Below, in pieces: positions 59,798-64,000 of a DNA stretch of 64,000 nt (positions are counted from its first letter, which is position 1; every line of letters begins with the position of its first letter). This DNA comes from Candidatus Omnitrophota bacterium (GTDB lineage Bacteria; Omnitrophota; Gorgyraeia; Duberdicusellales; 4484-171). The notes below the pieces were generated by a model. The model saw only the letters and a list, made by a program, of their open reading frames with translations. It did no database searches and was not told the origin of the DNA. Position numbers and translations under genes: made by a program. The DNA lies in assembly GCA_014729775.1 (NCBI GenBank), contig WJJJ01000007.1, positions 30,302-94,301 on the forward strand, read 5' to 3'.

Positions 59798-60834
59798 TCG
59801 CCCGGGAAGAAATCGCACAAATCGTTCAGGAATTTGAAACCGATCTTGCTCAGGCCGGGTCTGCTGAAGCCCTGGAGAAGATACGGATCAAGTATTTAGG
59901 ACGAAAATCCCGTCTTTCTCGGATGTTTGCGAAGATCCCTTCCTTGCCTCCCCGGGAAAAGGGGGTTTTGGGCAAGGAACTGAACGTGACCAAGCAGAAA
60001 ATCGCGGCAAAACTGGAAGAAAAGTCGCAGCAGAACGCGCAGGCGGAAGAAGGCATGGATCTTACCTTCCCCGGAGAAAAGATATCCCACGGCGGCAGGC
60101 ACTTGCTGAGCCGGGTGTTAGAGGATATTTGTACCACGTTTGAGAATTTGGGGTTCAGCGTCAAGGAAGGGGCGGAAATAGACGACGAGTGGCATAATTT
60201 CAGCGCGTTGAACATTCCGCTGGAACATCCTTCCAGAGACGTCTTTGACACGTTTTATCTGAATCTTCCCGCACAGGGAAAAGGGAAGCTGCTGCTGCGC
60301 AGCCACACGTCTCCTTCACAAATCCATTTTATGGAGGAGGCGTCCCCTCCTTTTGCGATCGTATCTCCGGGCAGAGTGTACCGGCCCGATCAAGTCGATG
60401 CGACCCACTCATTCATGTTTCATCAGGTGGAAGGCTTTGCCGTGAGCGAACATATCCGGTTTTCCGATCTGAAAGGAGTGCTTCTGCGATTTGCGAAAAC
60501 CTATTTCGGGCCCGGGGTGGAATTAAGGTTCAGGCCCCATTTTTTTCCGTTTACCGAGCCTTCGGCGGAGGTGGATATCTCGTGTTTCTCCTGTGCCGCT
60601 CGTGATTCGGATGAAAAATGCAGTATATGCAAGGGGTCCCGCTGGATTGAAATCCTCGGCTGCGGAATGATCCATCCCCACGTGCTGTCCGCGTGTAAAA
60701 TAGACCCGCAGCGATACCGCGGATTTGCTTTCGGCATGGGCGTGGAGCGGATCGCCATGCTTCGCTATCGGATTCCCGATATCCGTCTTTTTTACGAAAA
60801 TGATGTCCGTTTTTTGGAGCAGTTCCGTTCCTGA
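59794..60834 (+). CDS. pheS: Phenylalanyl-tRNA synthetase alpha subunit
   Basis: HPSRD..DTF, LLRSHTSP, FHQVEG, FPFTEPS and GFAFGMGVER motifs. Confidence 0.96.
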   Translation: MIAREEIAQIVQEFETDLAQAGSAEALEKIRIKYLGRKSRLSRMFAKIPSLPPREKGVLGKELNVTKQKIAAKLEEKSQQNAQAEEGMDLTFPGEKISHGGRHLLSRVLEDICTTFENLGFSVKEGAEIDDEWHNFSALNIPLEHPSRDVFDTFYLNLPAQGKGKLLLRSHTSPSQIHFMEEASPPFAIVSPGRVYRPDQVDATHSFMFHQVEGFAVSEHIRFSDLKGVLLRFAKTYFGPGVELRFRPHFFPFTEPSAEVDISCFSCAARDSDEKCSICKGSRWIEILGCGMIHPHVLSACKIDPQRYRGFAFGMGVERIAMLRYRIPDIRLFYENDVRFLEQFRS

Positions 60835-60887
60835 TCCGGGGATTTTCGCCGGCGGGAAATATTTTCAAAATCCGAAGAGGCAGAACG

Positions 60888-62873
60888 ATGCGATTTAGTT
60901 TGAACTTTATTCGAGAAATGGTGCCGGTTTCTTGCGAGCCCCGGGAACTCGCCCGAAAGATTACCCTGCTCGGTTTGGAGGTGGAGAATCTGGAACCGGT
61001 GGGGGATGACTGGGTGTATGAGGTGGAGGTCACCTCAAACCGTTATGACTGGCTTTCTATGGTGGGATTATCACGGGAAGTCGCCGCGGCGCTGGGGACA
61101 CGGATCTCGCTTGAGTATCCCGAGATCCGTACCTCTCCGTCACTGGAAGGTTTTATCCTTCGGATTGATGCCCCCGACGATTGTCCCTGGTATCTGGGCC
61201 GACGGATCACGAACGTGCGGGTAAAGGAATCATCCGCCCGGCTGAAAGAACGGCTTCTGCATTCAGGTCTTCCGGCAGTCAATAACGTTGTGGACGCGAC
61301 GAATTACTGCATGTTGAAATGGGGGACGCCGCTCCATGCGTTCGACGCTGATAAAATACAGGGGAACGTGACGGTACGCTATGCCCGTGACCGGGAATCG
61401 TTCGTGGGGATTGACGGAAAAACAAGAACACTCTCGTCTCAGAACCTGGTGATTGCCGATGCGGAACGGGTAATCGCGCTCGCGGGCGTAATGGGAGCGC
61501 AGAATACGGAGGTGACCGGGGAGACCAAGAATGTATTTTTGGAAGCGGCCCTGTTCGCGCCGGTTCGTGTCCGCCGGTCCCGCCGGGCGGCCGGGATCGA
61601 GAGCGAGTCTTCATACCGGTTTGAACGTTCGGTGTTTCCCGATTATATCGAATACGCGTCGGAAGAGGCAGCGCGGATTATTGAACGGGATGCGCAGGGT
61701 GAATTTGCCGGCTGTGTCTGCGCGGGCCGCAAGCCCGAAGAAGGGAAAAAAGAAGTCATCCTTGCCGGAGAGGACCTTCGCCGGACTCTTGGCGTCCAGG
61801 TACCGGAAGAAGAGGTTGAAGGGATTCTTTCGTCGCTCGGATTTTCCTGCCGGCGCAATACCCCCGGTACGTTGACCGTAACTGTGCCGGCGTTTCGTCT
61901 CGACGTGGACAGGGAAGAGGATCTCTACGAGGAAATTATCCGGGTGTACGGGTATGAACGGATTCCCGCGACTCTTCCACCGATCCAGCCCGGGACGGGA
62001 AAAGAGTCCCTGTATTCATTTAAGCAAAAAATCCGTGTGATGTGTGCGCAGCTCGGATTTCAGGAAGTGGTGACCTACAGCATCGGTGAAGAAGATTCTC
62101 TGCGCGCGGTATGCGAACGGGATCCGGTGACGCTGGTGAATCCGTTGCGCGCCCAGGAAACCGCTTTGCGCACTACGTTGTTTCCCGCATTACTCCAGGT
62201 GCTGCGATATAACCGCAACCGTTCCCGGCCGGATCTCTCGATATTCGAACTCGCCGACCGTTACGGAGTGGAAAAAACGGGATTTTCCGAAATTCCGACG
62301 TTAGCGTTTCTCGTGAGCGGACAGCGTGAGGAGTTTTTTACGCTGAAAGGTGCGCTCCGGGAAATATGCGGGCGGTTGAATATCGCCGATGTTGAATTCC
62401 GGGAAATCACCCGTGCGCATTTTTCCAGTGCCCTGGAATTACGCGGGGGAGGTACTGTATTGGGATGGGCCGGGAAAGCGGGGAGAAAAGAGTGCGATGC
62501 ACAAGGAGTATCCGGACATGTGTTTTACGGCGAAGTTGATGTTGAGGCGCTTCAGGCCCGGCAACGTCCCCTGCGCTTTGTCCCCTTTAGTCAGTATCCG
62601 GCCGTGTCCCGGGATGTCAGTCTTATCATCCGTCCTCCGGCGAGATTTCAGCAGGTGCGCGTGCTGATCGAACGACGCGCGGGGTCCTATCTCGAAGGAC
62701 TTCTGGTCGTGGACCGTTACACAGGAAAAGAAATTCCGGCCGACGCCCAGGCGGTCACGGTCCGGATTTCTTATCAGTCACGCGAAAAAACCCTGACCTC
62801 CGAAGAAGTTGATGCTCTCCATACCGGCGTTCGAGAGGAACTGCAAAATCAAACCGGCATTCTTGTGCGGTAG
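60888..62873 (+). CDS. pheT: Phenylalanyl-tRNA synthetase beta subunit (short form lacking the B2 OB domain)
   Basis: EVTSNRYD.LS..G..RE, NNVVD.TN, PLHAFD, SYRFER, DLYEEI.R and FDX-ACB C-terminal motifs. Confidence 0.94.
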   Translation: MRFSLNFIREMVPVSCEPRELARKITLLGLEVENLEPVGDDWVYEVEVTSNRYDWLSMVGLSREVAAALGTRISLEYPEIRTSPSLEGFILRIDAPDDCPWYLGRRITNVRVKESSARLKERLLHSGLPAVNNVVDATNYCMLKWGTPLHAFDADKIQGNVTVRYARDRESFVGIDGKTRTLSSQNLVIADAERVIALAGVMGAQNTEVTGETKNVFLEAALFAPVRVRRSRRAAGIESESSYRFERSVFPDYIEYASEEAARIIERDAQGEFAGCVCAGRKPEEGKKEVILAGEDLRRTLGVQVPEEEVEGILSSLGFSCRRNTPGTLTVTVPAFRLDVDREEDLYEEIIRVYGYERIPATLPPIQPGTGKESLYSFKQKIRVMCAQLGFQEVVTYSIGEEDSLRAVCERDPVTLVNPLRAQETALRTTLFPALLQVLRYNRNRSRPDLSIFELADRYGVEKTGFSEIPTLAFLVSGQREEFFTLKGALREICGRLNIADVEFREITRAHFSSALELRGGGTVLGWAGKAGRKECDAQGVSGHVFYGEVDVEALQARQRPLRFVPFSQYPAVSRDVSLIIRPPARFQQVRVLIERRAGSYLEGLLVVDRYTGKEIPADAQAVTVRISYQSREKTLTSEEVDALHTGVREELQNQTGILVR

Positions 62874-62881
62874 TACCCGCC

Positions 62882-62910
62882 TTGAAAATGCCCGGTGAGA
62901 ATGGTATAAT
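62882..62910 (+). promoter_or_regulatory. Strong sigma70 promoter
   Basis: TTGAAA-17 nt-TATAAT with extended TG. Confidence 0.8.
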
Positions 62911-62918
62911 CGTAACAC

Positions 62919-63082
62919 AAAAAACCCTGCTGGTCTCGTTGACAGGCATAAGTGCTACAGACAACACCTTTTCGAAGGGAGCCAAATCTTCCTTGTGCTT
63001 TGGCGGAAGGAACGCGGCGCCCACGTGTATGAGGAGAGGACTGATAGCAGCGGCCTGGGACGGACTCACAGCAGGGTTTTTT
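62919..63082 (+). ncRNA. ssrS: Probable 6S RNA
   Basis: About 165-nt rod: AAAAAACCCTGCTG/CAGCAGGGTTTTTT closing stem, CAGGC/GCCTG inner stem, central bubble, GGGAGCC...GGCGCCC distal stem; strong promoter; adjacent to rarA. Confidence 0.8.
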
Positions 63083-63290
63083 ATTTCTTCCCTGTTCCCC
63101 CGTTTGCCGGAAGCGGTCCAAAGGGAATCCCTCTCTCATCACGGAGGGAGCGGAGAAAGGCTCTTCTTTTTCCCTCCAAGGAAAAAAGAGGGAGAAGCGA
63201 AGATTCGTTGCGCAGAGGTTTTGCAAAAGGTCCACACCCGGACTTCGGGGCCAGCACAGCCGTTTCTTTGCACGCATATAGGAAAAACAG

Positions 63291-64000
63291 ATGAAAAAAG
63301 AGATTCCTTTAGCCGTACGCATGCGCCCCGTGACGCTGGATGAATTTATCGGCCAGGAACATATTCTGGGAAAAGAGCAGCTTCTGCGGCGGGCGATAGA
63401 GTCAAAAAAGATTCCGTCGGTGATCCTTTCCGGTCCACCCGGGTGCGGGAAGACGACCCTGGGAACGATCATTGCCCGGGAGCTCAGCGCGGCGTTCGTC
63501 CATTTGAACGCGGCGTTCAGTTCCGTGGCGGATCTGCGGAAGGTCGTCCGGGAGGCCCGCCGGAAAGAAGAAGAGCGGGGCGAAAAGACCGTGCTTTTCA
63601 TCGATGAGATTCATCGGTTCAATAAAACCCAGCAGGAGGCACTGATCCCCGATACCGAAAACGGCACGTTGGTGGTAGTGGGAGCGACAATTTATCAACC
63701 GACTTTTTATCTTATCCCTTCGCTGATTTCCCGTTCGATTGTCGCCGCGTTCCGGCCGTTGGGTTCGGCCGAGGTGGAGCAAATTCTGAAACGGGCCCTG
63801 CGCGACAGGGAACGCGGGGTGGGAAAGGAACCGGTCAATATTACCAATAAAGCGATTTCTTTTCTCGCCGAAGTATCCTCAGGGGACGCCCGCGCCGCGC
63901 TTACTGCGCTGGAAATCGGGGTGGCAAGTACTCCGCCGGGGAAAGACGGAAAGATTCTTTTCGATCTTAAGACGGCGCAGAACTGCATGCAGAAAAATGT
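63291..64000 (+). CDS. rarA: Replication-associated recombination protein A (partial, runs off the window)
   Basis: PLAVRMRPVTLDEFIGQEHIL, GPPGCGKTT, FIDEIHRFNKTQQEAL and GDARAAL motifs. Confidence 0.93.
   Translation, partial: MKKEIPLAVRMRPVTLDEFIGQEHILGKEQLLRRAIESKKIPSVILSGPPGCGKTTLGTIIARELSAAFVHLNAAFSSVADLRKVVREARRKEEERGEKTVLFIDEIHRFNKTQQEALIPDTENGTLVVVGATIYQPTFYLIPSLISRSIVAAFRPLGSAEVEQILKRALRDRERGVGKEPVNITNKAISFLAEVSSGDARAALTALEIGVASTPPGKDGKILFDLKTAQNCMQKN

Noticed and set aside
60580-60635. CxxC...CxxC in PheS
   Set aside because: A common insertion in bacterial PheS, not novel
62882-63343. 153-aa and 99-aa plus-strand ORFs after pheT
   Set aside because: They overlap a strong promoter and the 6S-like structure, with no RBS or recognisable domain

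Overview
Bacterial genomic window in which all genes but one lie on the + strand. Gene content and style suggest a PVC-superphylum organism, possibly Ca. Omnitrophota (inference only). (1) 1-22 kb: surface/exo-polysaccharide biosynthesis cluster with PAPS synthesis (Sat-CysC fusion), two sulfotransferase-like domains, GDP-fucose synthesis (gmd, fcl), a NeuA/NeuB/HAD nonulosonic-acid (possibly KDN) module, about 9 glycosyltransferase(-like) genes, a methyltransferase, a Wzy-like protein, a priming transferase and an MsbA/PglK-like ABC exporter. (2) 22-34 kb: geranylgeranyl-reductase-like FAD enzyme, HAMP-GGDEF cyclase, TPR and PilZ proteins, and a beta-barrel/OPX/Wzc/O-antigen-ligase/TPR export block. 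(3) 34-42.6 kb: small housekeeping genes, then a TPR-transglutaminase lipoprotein, a TPR protein and a PilZ-TM-coiled-coil-glycosidase-like fusion. (4) 42.7-64 kb: pyrK, frameshifted radC, tauE, pyrD, pyrF, a V/A-type ATPase operon (probably Na+-coupled), tRNA-Val, thrS-infC-rpmI-rplT, a Trk K+ system with an unannotated 28-aa membrane peptide, pheST, a probable 6S RNA and partial rarA. No CRISPR, transposase or integrase was seen. The best candidates for new biology are a c-di-GMP-linked, sulfated and ulosonic-acid-containing glycan system, and the trans-envelope PilZ-glycosidase/transglutaminase module. All calls come from reading motifs by eye; no database searches were run.
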